Origin: Chiloscyllium plagiosum
Taxonomy: Eukaryota
Direction: 5' to 3'
Length of the DNA: 64,000 nt
Assembly: GCF_004010195.1 (NCBI RefSeq)
Contig: NC_057751.1
Span: forward strand, 3,956,961 to 4,020,960
The notes beneath the pieces are model-generated. The model did not search any database, was not told the DNA's origin, and worked only from the letters and a program-made list of their open reading frames with translations. The number at the start of each line of letters is the position of its first letter. The stretch's first letter is position 1. The position numbers and the translations under genes are program-made. This document shows positions 41,460 to 55,240 of the stretch, in pieces.

Positions 41460-42610
41460 AGATGATCTATACGTTATAATGCATTTTTGTATTTGGCTTA
41501 TCTCAGTGCCCATATGACGGGAAAGGAAACTGATTGTTGGGTATGTGCTCATGTGCCGCCCCACTCACGGCGGATATTCCTTTGTGGCCAGTCCTTTAGC
41601 TGGCCAGTGCTGGACAAATAGCTAATATGCCGGAACTCCTTCAGTGATCCTGATAACACTGAGGCCATGCAACAATGGTGGTGAGCAGGGTATGATATGA
41701 CTCTATTCAGAGGCTGGTACCAACCAGACTATAACAGATCCAATCTACCCTCTTTTCTTGCAGTCCTTAACAATATCAGTAACAACACCATTGCTTTTGT
41801 CGAGATGGGAACTTCTCCAATGGGATCTAAATATGGGATCTGTTTGAACCTATCCCGAATTTGATGAAATTTGGTTATTTTTGTTTGATTGGTCTGCCTT
41901 TCTTCATAAGGCATCAGGCTCCCTCTGGAATAACCCTGCTCCCAAGTTGTGGAGGAGCAGATAGTCCAGTCTAACCTCCTACAATGGCACCTATTGTATT
42001 TGCGGACTCTTAGCCTATCCATGGCTTCCCTCAGACTGGAAGGGATTGTGTTATATGGGATATGTCGTGCCTCGCATTAGGATTTTAAATAAATTACCTT
42101 CACCTCCGAAGCCCAAAAGGTACCTCCCTGAGTTTCTCACCTGGGTTGGGATGTCTTCCCCTCACGATGCAAACTATTTGCATTCCCAAGAACTGTGTAA
42201 GTTAAAGGCAGTTTTGGAAACAGTCGCCAATGACATTGCAAATGCCCTGATGGAAATCAATGCAGAACTAGTCGCAGTCAGGACGGTGACCCTTCAAAAT
42301 TGCTTGGCCTTGAACTTTGTCCTAGCCAAGGAGGGCGACACTTGTGCTATAAGAGACAAGGAATGTCGTACCTACATTCCTGACAAATCCACCAATATTA
42401 CTGACCTCTCCAAGCACATTACCCAGGAGGTCGAGAAAATTCACAATGTCGATTATGGTCTGCATGGGACAGAGACAGGATGGTAGCCATTTGGGAGTCT
42501 CTTCGGGAATATTGAGGGCATGTTGTTACAATTCGGGATTAATATACTCACTGTAATCACCTGCATTCTCATATTCAGATGCTTATGGCCACTGATATCT
42601 GATTGCTAAC
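41460..42610 (+). pseudogene. env: ERV env remnant, gamma-type SU/TM
   Basis: DCWVCAH (CWxC) at ~41533; PKPKR cleavage site; LQNCLALNFVLAKEGDTC (CKS-17-like) followed by CAIRDKECR (CX6CC with one change); hydrophobic anchor near 42520-42590. Confidence 0.9.
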
Positions 42611-42662
42611 GTTCTCGGCTTTAGGAGTGGCTGATCATGAAATGATCAAAAGGAGGGAACAA

Positions 42663-43218
42663 TGAAGTATCAGAGAATCAACAGTTAAAAAGTTTGATCC
42701 ACTTTAAAAATAATTTCCTTTAAAAAATGAATTATGTGCCTGTGTTCATGGCAGGCTGGGGGCTGGAAGGTCTCAGTGGTTGTATGAGTGATAACGATTG
42801 CAGGTGCTCTCGCCTCACGTTGGAGCTAGCCGTATTTACTTTCCTCCTTGTCCTTGGATCAAGCTGTTTCGAATTATCTTCTCCCAGTCCTTGGATGGGG
42901 CTGTTTTCTTTTAATTAATGGAATATTGTTTACCACACTGCTTAGCTGCTAATGGCTTATGTGAACAGTACAAGATGTAGTAACAATTAGTCACAAGGTT
43001 GAGAAATATGTGCATTAGTTATGCCCATAAGGGCGATAAAGAATACTACTTCCATGCTATGTTTAGAGATCTATTGAAAGTCCACCATGAGGAAGCCGGA
43101 GTGCTACTCTGGTGTCGACTTCAGATCTCTTGGCTGGATGAGCTGACATAAAGTGTGTGTTGAAAATGAAACTTTTGTGTGGTCCGGAACTTTGAGTCAA
43201 CACAGGAATGTTTTGACA
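42663..43218 (+). mobile_element. ERV 3' LTR
   Basis: Follows polypurine tract AAAAGGAGGGAA (42648-42659); starts TG; tentative CA end at 43218. Confidence 0.65.
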
Positions 43219-43439
43219 CATATCAGTACATGCAACATTTTTAGACATTCTGCAAATGATTGGCTATGTAGAAACAGGTAGGGTAGTCTGGCAATGCTGA
43301 AGTAATTACAACAACATAAAGCTCAGTTAAAGTATCTCTTAATTGGACATGAGTTGATGTCGTCGACAAAATAACTATTTTGCACAGTCTGAATAACACA
43401 AATTGGAGTTGTAGTGGACAGCGAAGAAGGATGATGGCA

Positions 43440-43718
43440 TCAGCTTGTATAAGGGGGCATAGCTCCAAATTGAGGTGTCATAGATTTAAGACAGATGTCA
43501 GAGGCAGGTTCTTTACTCAGACAGTGATAAGGGCATGGAATGCCCTGCCTGCCAGTGTAGTTAACTCAGCCACATTAGGGAGATTTAAACAATCCTTGGA
43601 TAAGCACATGGATGATGATGGGATCGTGTAGAGGTGTGGGGCTTAGATTAGTTCACAGGTCGGCGCAACATTGAGGGCTGAAGGGCCTGTTCTGTGCTGT
43701 ATTGTTCTATGTTCTATG
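43440..43718 (+). mobile_element. CR1 3' end
   Basis: RGHSSKL...RFFTQTVIRAWNALP; (TTCTATG)n tail. Confidence 0.9.
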
Positions 43719-45181
43719 TAAATTGTTCCACATTATCTTCACTGGTTAAAAAACATTCCAAGCGACAAGTATCACTCAGTTTAATTTTGAGTGCAAGGAA
43801 TCACTGAAAAACTCTTTCAACATTTTTAGAAGGAGAAATACATAGGGATATTTAGAATTCTTAATATATTTTTAATGTGCACCATTAGTATTCATCTCAT
43901 AATGGCGTTTCTAATGGAACATGCTTACATGAAGTCACTCAGCCACACATTTAACCTTCTGGCTGACCCACCTTCTGGCTACTTTATTTTCAGCAAAGAA
44001 TTCTAACAGAAAAGAATGTTCACAATATATTGTGGAGAGGTTTTCAGCTACTGATGACAATGTTTGCAGTCTAAGTTTGACTGCTTGATTCATAAACATC
44101 AAAGCAAATTATCAGTTGCTATATTTTGATGTTAGCCTGACTTCTTGCAGATTTCTGACAAAGTCTGCCACCTTAGGAAGCTCCATGAAATGCAGTGAGG
44201 CACCACCCTCTCATGATTGCTAAAATTATCTCACAAACATTTGAAGATGGAGTGAAGCACTTGTGTTATTTATACAAATACTCCTTCACCAATTCTGAAA
44301 AAAACTTCTGATATGGATTCAAAGGGAGCAATCTGCAGTTAGAATAAAGCACAAATGCTGTTTTTGAAACAGTCGGGAATGCTCTGGAGAGTATCACAGT
44401 ATGTTTTCATATAATGTTGAAGTGTATATCGTACAAAGTGTGCTTGAAAACTCAGTAAATGAAATACATATCGATTTGACCTAAAAAGTAATCTGTTTTA
44501 CTGACTGCCACCAACACTTGCAATAAAGAAAAATCATGTAACACAGTTTTTCAGATAATATGACCATACATCACAGACACTTACGCAAGTACTCGAGTGA
44601 TCTATCATTTGATACTGCAACTGCTTAGGTGCAAAATTTTATAAATTTACTTCAACTGTAACTTTTCAGCAATATTCTTTTTCTTCAGCTGAGCAATATT
44701 CATAAATCAAGCAAACAAACTGACCACACACACAGTGTCTCTCAGCCTAACCATCATCTCAAAGGTGGAATTCCATCTGCTAGATACTCTAAGCTGATTA
44801 TTTAAATGAGCACAATCTTGCCTTTAGCTCGGAGATCTACTAAAATGATTTAACACTGAATTAGCGTCAGCTGGTGTGCAGAAAGCAATGCTTAAATCAC
44901 AATCAATTCATCATAACCTTTTACAAGAAGAAGGAATGGTGAATGGAAACCGGAAGTTGGAACCATAAATCTGTCAGCTGTGTGCACAAAATACCATAGC
45001 AGTATTTGTCAGCCATCAAAAACAAAATTATGAAAATTCACTTTAATGAAAGCAATCTCTGTCTATCCAGTCTGTCTGTTCATAACTAAAACGCTCCAGC
45101 TAAGGCAACATCCTGGTAAATCTCCTCTGTAAACCTCCAGTGCAATCACAACCCTCCTATAATGGGCACTGCACACAGTAT

Positions 45182-45387
45182 TGAAAACTGTGGCACTGGA
45201 AAAGCATATCAGGCCAGGCAGTATCTGAGGAGCAGGAGAATCCACGTTTTCATCAGGAATGAAGGGCTGATGCCTGAAACGTTGATGCTCCAGCTCCTAG
45301 GATGTTGCCTGATCCGCTGTGCTTTTCCAGCGCCATACTTTTCAATTCTGATCTCCAGCATGTGCAGTCCTCACTTTCTCCTAGTTG
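45182..45387. mobile_element. Short hairpin PLE derivative with 13-bp TSD, inserted in a minus-strand CR1 (45050-45510)
   Basis: CTGCACACAGTAT at 45169-45181 and 45388-45400; arms are reverse complements. Confidence 0.8.
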
Positions 45388-45586
45388 CTGCACACAGTAT
45401 ACAAGCTGTTGCCTAACAAACACTTTACGCAGTTCCAACATATCTTTCCTGATCTTAACATCTATGTCTCGGCTAATAAAAGCAAGCGCCTCACATGCCT
45501 TCTTAACCATAACATTGGAAATCCTCTGCAGTTATCACAGACGGACCTGTCATTCTTCTTTCAAGATGACAACATCACCAAAATAT

Positions 45587-46355
45587 TGTAATGAAGTTGA
45601 AGGCATTTCCTGTACCTTTAAGAGAGAAAGAATGCTGTTCTGAACTGAGAGCTTGCAAACATCTGTGTATGTGACTAGATGGCAGTCCCAGAGGGAACTA
45701 GAAAATTGAAAATATGTAACATTTGGCTGTGAAATTGATACATGAGTTTTAGTTGCTATTTTGATAACAATTCGAATTTAACCAGTTTAAGTTATGCCCT
45801 AGGATAATAGAACCCAATTTATTGTTTTGCCAACATCCAACCAATGAGACGATCCATGTTGGGGGTATAAGAATGCGGACATTTTGAAAATTGATCAGAG
45901 ACCAACTGATCAGAGAGAAATCTCTGGAGAGCTAAATGCCATCTTAATATCTTGCTCTCAGAGAAACTAGAAAATACTCTCTATCACAGGTACTTTTTAA
46001 ATGTGAAACACACTTGCAGTAAAAAGAAAGAAGACAACCCAGGGAGATCTTCAGCTAGAACGTCTTCAGCTGTGTCTTCAACAAAGAAGACACAGAACAA
46101 GTTAGAGACTGCATGGTTTTGAAATTAAGTTGATATCGTTTTATTAAGTTGCAGGCAGAGAGGGGGGCTTAGAGTAGTGAATCATTGTTGTTTAGCATTC
46201 ACTTTTAGAGTTAGAAAATAAATGCATGCTATTTTCTTGAAATAATGGAATTTGGGAGTTCTCTGTCATTCAGATTTTAAGAGATTATGAGGCGAGGCGA
46301 GCTTTTCTGGGTGTTTAGTTTAATTAACAAAGGGGTTCACCTCAGTGTCGTAACT
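45587..46355 (+). mobile_element. Solo LTR (Gypsy-like) with 4-bp TSD ATAT
   Basis: TGTAATGA...TCGTAACT ends; ATAT at 45583-45586 and 46356-46359; TATAA near 45866 and AATAAA near 46217. Confidence 0.8.
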
Positions 46356-46559
46356 ATATCTTGGTACGGTCTCCACCTTCAAGATAAAGTAAATAAGGTA
46401 AAGAATCTAGCTAACAGTGTTTCTCCATCACATTTTAGTGTTTCAGCTTCATCTACTACTGAATCCTCACTGTTCTTTCCATGTCAAATCATCCTTTTCA
46501 GCTCACAACAGTTTGGAGTTGCACCAAGATGGCAGTCGGCATTCTACAGGATCAAGTCA

Positions 46560-46790
46560 AAGCAAACACATTGAAGGCAGAGTTTCTGTTAAGGAGATCT
46601 TACATGTGCTCATTCCAGTAGGTGCTCATTCCCTCTTTGTCCTTTATGAGCACCTCTCCATTCTTGGTCAACAGTAGATTGTGTCCTTGAGTGCAAAAAC
46701 TTGTAGGTGGTCTTAAACATGCGAGAAAAAACATTTCACATCTTGAAGTACTTGCACATCTGCTGTCAACAAAGACTAACAGAAGGTCCA
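46560..46790 (-). mobile_element. RTE-clade LINE remnant
   Basis: LLTKNGEVLIKDKEGMSTYWNEHM*DLLNRNS resembles the RTE linker (..DG..L.D...I..RW.EHF..LLN). Confidence 0.6.
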
Positions 46791-47534
46791 AAGATTAGTT
46801 GCCTTCATACAGCACAGGCAGGCACATAAAATAATTGAAGTTTACAATTTCCATTCAAATGCTAACGTTTCAATGATTCTAACACCAAATATGCAAAACG
46901 TCCTACCATAAGGGGCATGTCATAATATGATTGCTGGTAACATTTTCTACTTTTGAAAATCTTTCACCAATTTGATTTCTATTTGATCATCAGCACATCA
47001 GCCATCACTGAATCTCTACAGCTTATTACTACAGAGATCCTGTCTCGTCAAAATTGAGCCATTCTCCCATCCCAACATGGCTTCATCTCTTCATCTCAAC
47101 TCAGCCTTTCTCTGGAACCCCATATGCTTTCGCACCTTTTCTTTCTTGCCTCTCAGTTTTACTTCGTCCATTTCTTTGGTTTGGTATGGTCCCAATGCCA
47201 ACCAACTCCTCACTCACAATCAAGATACATTTTGCCATTGGATACTGTCAACATCCAAGAAATTCTGTGCTGCAGAAAAAACAATGAAGCAGCAGTACAG
47301 GATAATTCAAATTGCCAAAATTCAGACACACAGTCTGTTCAGATACAAATTGATAGCTCCATTCCAGCGTAATCCCGCGTTGTAAGAAAATTGCGTAATA
47401 GTAGCACCATTTAAACCAACGGGATCGGAATTTTCGCCAATGCAGGTAAGGAAAGTTCACATTCTATAAATAATGAATTCTTCAATCACCTTATCGCCAA
47501 TTCACGTCAAAGAAATGTGTGTTATGGCAAAACA

Positions 47535-47955
47535 GAGGGTTAGATAGGGTGGACAGGGAGAGCCTTTTTCCAAGTATGGGGACAGCAAACGCGAGGGGAC
47601 ACAAGTAGGAGATAGGTATAAGACAGATGTCAGAGGTAGTTTCTTTACTCAGAGAGTAGTAAGGGTATGGAATGCTTTGCCTGCAAAAGTCGTAGATTCG
47701 CCAAGTTTAAGTGCATTTAAGTAGTCAATGGACAGGCATATGGACATACATGGAGTAGTGTAGGTGGGATGGGCTTCAGATTAGTATGACAGGGCAGCGC
47801 AAAATTGAGGGCCGAAGGGCCTGTACTGCACTGTAATGTTCTATGTTCTATGTAAAGTAAGGACTGATGAATCGCTTATGCCCGAAACATCGATTCTCCC
47901 ACTCCTCGGATTCTGCCTGATCTGCTGTGCTTTTCCAACACCACACTCTCGACTG
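47535..47955 (+). mobile_element. CR1 3' end followed by a PLE end fragment
   Basis: TTCTATG tail to 47852; CTGATGA...GAAAC at 47864-47888. Confidence 0.85.
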
Positions 47956-47999
47956 TGGTGTCATTATGGTTTGATGCTGATCATTTCATATTAATTTTT

Positions 48000-50900
48000 T
48001 TTTTATTTCATTTGTAGGATGAACATGGTACTGGCAATGCAAGCACTTGTTGCTCATTCTCAATTTCCCTCAACAAGGTTCACTTCAGTTTCTGGTCAAC
48101 AGTAAACTCCAGAATGTCGATGGATGCAGCCATAGGAATGCTGTTGATCGCCAGGGTGAGATGGTTAGATAATGAATTGGATGCGGTCTTTGCCTGACAC
48201 GTGTATGGCAAACATGTTATTCTACACTTAGCAAGCGTGAAGATTGTCCAGGTCTTGCTACAGGCCAGCACAGGCTGGTTCCATATCCGAGGATACAGAA
48301 CGCAACACAACCATCAGTGAACATCCTTATTTCTGACTTTATGATGGAGACCTGGTCATTGATAGTCACCTTTGAGTGTCAAATCTCGTGGAGTACCCAA
48401 AGGAGTTAATGTTGCTCTGTTCTGGAATGAAGACGATTTCTAAACATTTACTCTTTCATGGATGTGGACGTTGTCAAGGCCAGCATTTAGTGTCCATCCA
48501 CAACTACCTTTACATCAGTAAAGAGTGGACCACATTATTGGGATTCTACAGTCAGAAGTAGGCCAGATTAGGTAAGGACAGCAAATTGATTTCCATAAAT
48601 GACATTAGTGAACCAGGAGGGTTATTTAGAAAAATCAGTGATAGTTTCATAATCATCACTGCAGAGATTATCTTTCAATTCCATTTCTTATTAATTGAAT
48701 TTAAGTACCACCAACTGCCCTTGTGAGAATTAAACCTGTTTCTTCAGAGTATTAATCTGGGTCTCTGAATTACTGATAATATTACTGTGATACCAGCATT
48801 TCCCCAAAACAATCTTCAAGAACCATGACTATCTTCTTTTGTATAAAGTATACCTTCCAATAATGAGGAAATTCTCACACTGTGTCCCCATTATCAACAC
48901 CTCAATTCCCAATAACTTAAACCTTATAAGAGCTAATTGATGCCACAATCAATCAAAATGTTATTGCCTTGCCGTCAAGGACAGGAATTCATCAGCTCTG
49001 CAATGCAGCATTTTTATCCATGTTTGGACCAAGTGTATTGGAAAACAATAATGAATTCACAAATTGGTGTGAGTACTTCTGACAATTTGTTGAGACGTGT
49101 TGATAACAGACAATAGATAATAGGTGCAGGAGTAGGCCATTCTGCCCTTTGAGCCAGCACCATTCATTGTGATCATGGCTGATCATCCTCAATCAGTATC
49201 CTGTTCCTACCTTATCCCCATAACCCTAGATTCCACTATCCTTAAGAGCTCTATCCAATTCTTTCTTGAAAGTATCCAGAGACTTGGCCTCCACAGCCTT
49301 CTGGAGCAGAGCATTCCATACACCCACCACTCTCTGGGTGAAGAAGTTTCTCCTCAACTCATATTCTTCCAATTGGTTAGCTGCAATTATCACATCCATC
49401 TTTCACTGCACAGTGCAAGGATGAGGGAACATGGAAGAAAGTCATCAGCATTCTTTATCATGTAATGTCACTCTCACAGTTCCACCTCCAATAATTGACT
49501 TGTGTTTTCAAGCTAACAACAAAAATGATTGGCAGGCTGAATAACTGGATAAACAAAGACATGCCCTGTCTCGTGAACAGATCTGACTTACACCAGATAA
49601 TATCAATGGAAAGACCTCAAATAATCCTTGCAATTTGGGCCTGTTCTTTGCTTATGTCCATGACTGATCCAAGGAAATTAATCATGAGAAACCATCCTCA
49701 CTATTTGAACTTCAATTTTTAAAAAAAGGACAGGTACTAATGATTACCTTACAAAGAATGCATCATCATAAAGTTGACAATGACTTCAATGTTCAATATG
49801 ATTTTGATAACTGACCTAATGGACATTGATAAAATAGATAGAAGAAACAGAATTCCATTAAGAGGAGGATGTGACTATTGGCAGACGGCCAGATTTCTAA
49901 AATCAATACATTCAAAGACAACAAAGCCACTCGGCCCCTTCAGCCTGTTTTTCAATCCAATCGTGACTGATATGATGAATCTACAGTCCACTCACCCTTA
50001 AAAATGTTTCACCCACTCAGTTATCAAGAATTGATCTACCTATCTTCAAAAATGTTCAAAGATTCTTCTTTCACTGCCTTCTGAGGAATAGTTACAAAGG
50101 CTAACAGCCCTCAAACATAATAAATTCTCCTTACCTCTGTCTCAATCAACAATCAGTCAACTCAAGAGGAAGCAATGGCCTGGTGGTATAATTACTAGAC
50201 TCCTAATCCAGAGACCCATAATCTGAGGTCAAATCCTGCCACAGCAGATTTTTATTAAATTCACTCATGAGCTGTAGGCATTCCTGGCTGGCTAACATTT
50301 GTTGCAAATCCCTAGTTGCCCTTGAGGAGGTGATAATGAGCTGTCTTCTTAAACCTCTGCAGTCCATGCACTGTAGGTTGACCCATAATGCCCTGTTAGG
50401 GAATACCAGGACTTTGACCCATCAATACTGAAGGAATGGTAATATATTTCCAAGTCTGGATTGTGAATGATATGATGGGGACCTTGCAGGTGGTGGTATT
50501 CCCACATATCTGCTGTCCCTGTTCTTCTGGATAGAAGGGGAAGGTCCTGTCTCAGGATCTTTGGTGAATTTCTGCAATGCAACTTGCAGATAGTACACAC
50601 AATGGATACTGAGCATTGGTGATAGAAAGAATGAATGCTTGTGGATGCAGTGCCAATCAAGTGGGCTGCTTTGTTCTGGTTGTTGTTGGAGCTGCATCCA
50701 TTCAGGCAAGTGGGGAAAATTCCAGCATGCTTCTGACTTGTGCCTTGTGAATAGGCTTTAGCAAGTTATTTGCTGAAGTATTACAGCCTCGGACCTCCTC
50801 TTGTAGCCACTGCCTTGATATGGTGAGTCCACTTGAATTTCTGGTCAATGGTCATATCTAGGATTTTGAGATGGGGGATTCAGTGACACTAATGCCATTG

Positions 50901-51790
50901 AATGTCACAGAACATAGATTATCTCCTATTCCAGTTGGTCACTGCATGAACATCACTCACCATTTTGCAGCCCAAGTCCTTGTTGCATTTAAACATGGAC
51001 TGCTCCAGTAACTCAGGAGTCTTAAATGGTGCTCAATATTTTGCGATGATGGAGTGTGAATCCAATGAAAGTCTGAAAATAAAGAGTCCCATGATGACCA
51101 TGAAAGCACTTCAATTACCATGAAAAACACATCGTGTTCTGAAAATGTTCTTATCTGGTTTGGCCAACTCAAGACCTACAGTAATATCAAAATTTAACTG
51201 CCCTCATGACAATTCGGGATGAGTAATAAATGCTGGCCCAACCTGTGACACTCACATCCTGTGAATAAATAAAAATAAAGTTAAATAAAATAGCCCAGAG
51301 CTTCAAACACTCTCATTCCAACTCCATCACATCTGGCGACCCACAGGAAGAGAAACCCAACATTCTGCAGCAGGGGATGTTGAGTGTTCTACTCATTCTA
51401 GATTCTCAGAGAAAAAAGATCAAGACTCCCCAGGATCTTTTATGATTCAATCAACTCACTTCTTACTCTTCAAAACTCTACGTGATACAAGCCTCGTCCA
51501 TACAACCTTTTCTCCACAGACAACTCACCCATTCCAATCATTATACAGTAAACCTCCTCTGAAATACATCAAGCAGTACATTAAGCCTTAAGACCACTTT
51601 TGTTCACAGTACCCCAGATGTGGTCTTGCTGGTGCGTACTATAATTCAAGCATAATATATCCTGACTTTTCTATTCAACTCCTTTTTGCAATAAATGATG
51701 ACATTCCATGACCTTTCCTTGCAACTTGTTTCAATGGCATATGAATTTCTTACAATTCATGCACTCAAGCACCTCAGAGCTCTATGAGGT
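48000..51790 (-). mobile_element. Cluster of old CR1-superfamily 3' fragments, with one young CR1 tail at 49110-49358
   Basis: 48000-48370 and 50250-50950 resemble the reverse complement of the family at 2690-4790; unique sequence is interspersed. Confidence 0.6.
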
Positions 51791-54700
51791 CTGCAATAAG
51801 TCCAGAATAATTGGGAACTCACCATTATAACATTGGACAGCTCTGTAATGTTGCTGGCACTGTTAAGCAACAAAGGTACTGAATATTTGGCCACCTCAAT
51901 GAAATATATCAGTTTAACATGATTTTTCCTGTGCTAGAGAAAATATGAAGGAAAATCATTGTCCCATGATTCAAGCAGGAAAGTGTAATTTTGGTCGGAC
52001 ATTTGGTGAGAAAATCATTAGTCTTTACTAGTAAATCTCTGCACAATTGAACAGTTTATCAACATTAAATGTTCAACCTCACACAAAGAATAACCTCTTT
52101 GGTGACCTACTGGGAAACACATGGACATGTTGGCTCCAGAGGCAAATAGCACATTTTCACAATAAAAAGTACATCTGTTGCCCAACGTTCTCGCTCAGCT
52201 AACTTACCTCTTTGTGCAGCAGTTTTCCATCAACCAAGTTCAGCTACTTTGGTGACACAAGCTCAGGGAAATGAATGAAAATAAATTGGAAGACGTGAGA
52301 AAAATATATTTTGTTATTCCCCAGCATATCCCCAGCTGAATTAACATCAATTTACATTTTTCGAGCACCACTGATACTTCAGTTTTGTGCTATCCTAAAA
52401 CAACTAACTTACAAGCTTGAGCATTTGTACCTGATGAAACAAATTGTACATAAAGCCAGAGCACTGGTCACATTAAGCAAAAAAGATGCTTAGTGCCAAC
52501 ATTTGAGGAGATCACAAAGATTCCAAAACACAACTGAAATGGTTACTTGGCAATCTTTCAATTTAGTCAAAAAAAAAACACTTGCCCAAAGAGTTCAACA
52601 CATTTTTTGACAACATGTTTAGGCAGTCTCTGCTTTGAGCACAATCTGGAAATTGCTCCAACAATGTGCTCAAAATTGCATTCCTGGGTTCAATTTTGTC
52701 AGAAATTTAAATGCATGTGCATAGCCACAATTTTGCAATCTTTCATGAACTCACACAATCCAGGATGAGAATGGATTGTTTCTTTCCCTGTTCATTATTT
52801 GGTATTTATTGATAAATTTAAGAGCAGCAAAGTGATACAGCTTTATTCACACAACTGCAAATAATTAAACACTGCATTAAATTGTACAATTCTCTGTACT
52901 TTATTGATTGAAATGTCGCAGATTTGTCACAACCAAACATTTTTATGTCCAGGTACTTATTGCAGTTGCTTCATATGATGAAACTGAAGACTAGACAAAA
53001 TATTTATAAAGTATTCTTGTCCAGGCTTCCCACGAGCATTAAAATCACGATTTTCTCTCAAAAACATATTCGCCAGGATATCTCCCTTCACAAAACATTG
53101 TTTGCCTTCCCCACAACAGGTTTCTAAGCAAAACTGGAAAACTGAACAAAACTGAAATAAGCAAATATGGTGACATGTACTTCAAATACAAAACAACCCT
53201 GTTCTGTTAACTTCTTCAACAAATCCTTCATCCTTATTAAATAAAGTAGCAATTATGACATGACTCATGTTTGACTGCGTGATTTTGTGTTATCTGACAT
53301 CCGTTAGCAGTGGTATCAAACTGCCACAACAGGAAATATGCTTATTTTTATTGGCAATCAAAATATTATTATGCAACCATTAAGAAATGGAATGAAGTTG
53401 CAAGTAAAATCATTAAGTGCAAAAATCGATTCTGGTAACTAAACAGAGGAACTCCATCCAGTTCATGCAACTTTCTTCACAAACAATGTTTGCCTTCACA
53501 TATCAGTTCAATAATCTTCTTCAAGTACAGATGAACAGACAGAGAACAATACAAACCAGCAAAACAGCAAAGATTTACTTAAAACCTATCTGTAATTCCA
53601 CATTCACCAATGTTAAACACAGCACTTCTGAAGCATTCAACACAAAATGCTGAATAAGGAGTTAAAATATATCCCATAAAACAGTCATTTAAAACTGCCA
53701 GAACACAACTGCAGGGGTCCAAAAACAATTTCATTTGGAGCTTCAGTCTAAAATGTGTTTGTTATTAACAGAATAATGGATTATTACAAATGATTGTAAC
53801 ACATTAATTTAATTACTATATTCAGATGGTATCACAAATTTTCAGAGTCAAACTGACACAGTAATTTGAATTAGAATTTAAATTAAAGTTCTAAAAATCA
53901 CTACCTGATTTACATGATAATTCATAAGACAAGCAATGTCACGGCCTTTTTTTCCCCCTGCAGCTGACTTGGAAGTGCTCTAAGCCTTATATTTTTAATT
54001 TCCATGATACAAGATTGCCACATTCTTCTGACATGTTTTTTGAATAACAACCTGCAAGTGATTAGTGAAGAAAATCTACGTTCAGCACACTCCAGAGAAC
54101 CCATGGCAAGGTGTGAGTTACATAGAAATCACGTCACTGTTCACAGGAACCCTGAGTGAAACTCAATTGTTCTATTGCCATCTACTGTTACATTATTTCC
54201 CCTGTAATCTCACTCTCTGGTCCATTTACCATCAAATCATTACTTAATTGCTTAAAAATATCGAGGGGAAGAAAATAGGCTTAAGCAGCTATTAAATCTA
54301 ATCTGGTCCACGCGTATCACTTGAGGATTAGCAGAACATAAATTCTCGCTGAACATTGTTAGTGTTCCAGAACACAAATAATTAAGTACATGCTTCAGCC
54401 TGTCCACTTTCTTTGAATTGACTTACCATTGACATTGATTGTATCATGGCGATTATGTGATTCCCTAACCCCAGAGGACAGCTTTAAATGGATAAATCCG
54501 TAAGAAAAGATCAGCTACACTGTCGAGTTCAGAGATGTGTTCATATTCTTACAAATCCTTACAAGTGTAGGTTCAAAGTTGTGCTCATCCTTCAATTGCA
54601 CGGAGTGAATCTTAAATCAACTCTGTAACTCGAGGACCATTTCAATGCAGCAAGAAACCTCAGTTTGAGCCTGGAATTCAGTTCAACACTCAATCCAAGA

Positions 54701-54969
54701 CAAGATTTGCAGCTTTCACCCAACACTGGTTCAGTCCAAACTTGCCATCGCCTACAGCCTTACTTCTGAGACCAAATTCTTCAGCCTCATAACCTCATGC
54801 TCTTAACTCCCTCGTACCAAGCTGCATATCACATCCCAGCAAGATTGCAACCAACTGTGATTGCCCTCTGTGCGTAGCCTCTGACCTGGATGGATTCTGG
54901 CATCAAACCTTGCTTAAATTTCATGACTTTTAACTCGGAGGTGTATCATCAACATGGTTGAATAGAGTT

Positions 54970-55240
54970 ATGGAGAGACATTTAGTCCTACAGCATGGAG
55001 ACAGGCCCTTTGACCCAAACTGGTTCATGCCAACCAAAACGCCCACCCATGTTAACTCCATTTCCCTGCACTTGGCCCATGTCCTTCTAATCCTCTCTTG
55101 TCCATGTATTTGTCCAAATGCCTTATAAATGTTGTTAATGTACCCGCCTCAGCCACGTCCACTGGCAGTTCATTCCATATGCATATCACCCTCTGTAAAA
55201 AAGTTGCCCCTCAGGTTCCCTTTTATTCTTTCCCCTCTAT
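54970..55240 (-). mobile_element. CR1 3' end
   Basis: Reverse complement of CR1 3' UTR. Confidence 0.8.

Larger units (their letters stand above)
36200..43218 (+). mobile_element. Defective class I (gamma/epsilon-like) endogenous retrovirus; 5' LTR not found
   Basis: gag remnant, RT YVDD, RNase H, integrase, env, PPT and 3' LTR in retroviral order; 5' boundary uncertain. Confidence 0.85.

Noticed and set aside
52200..52245. Strong minus-strand donor GAG|GTAAGT preceded by a short open frame
   Set aside because: No convincing acceptor and no recognisable peptide
54420..54485. Minus-strand donor ATG|GTAAGT with a possible 55-nt exon
   Set aside because: Weak acceptor; the peptide does not resemble the expected next PEBP4 exon
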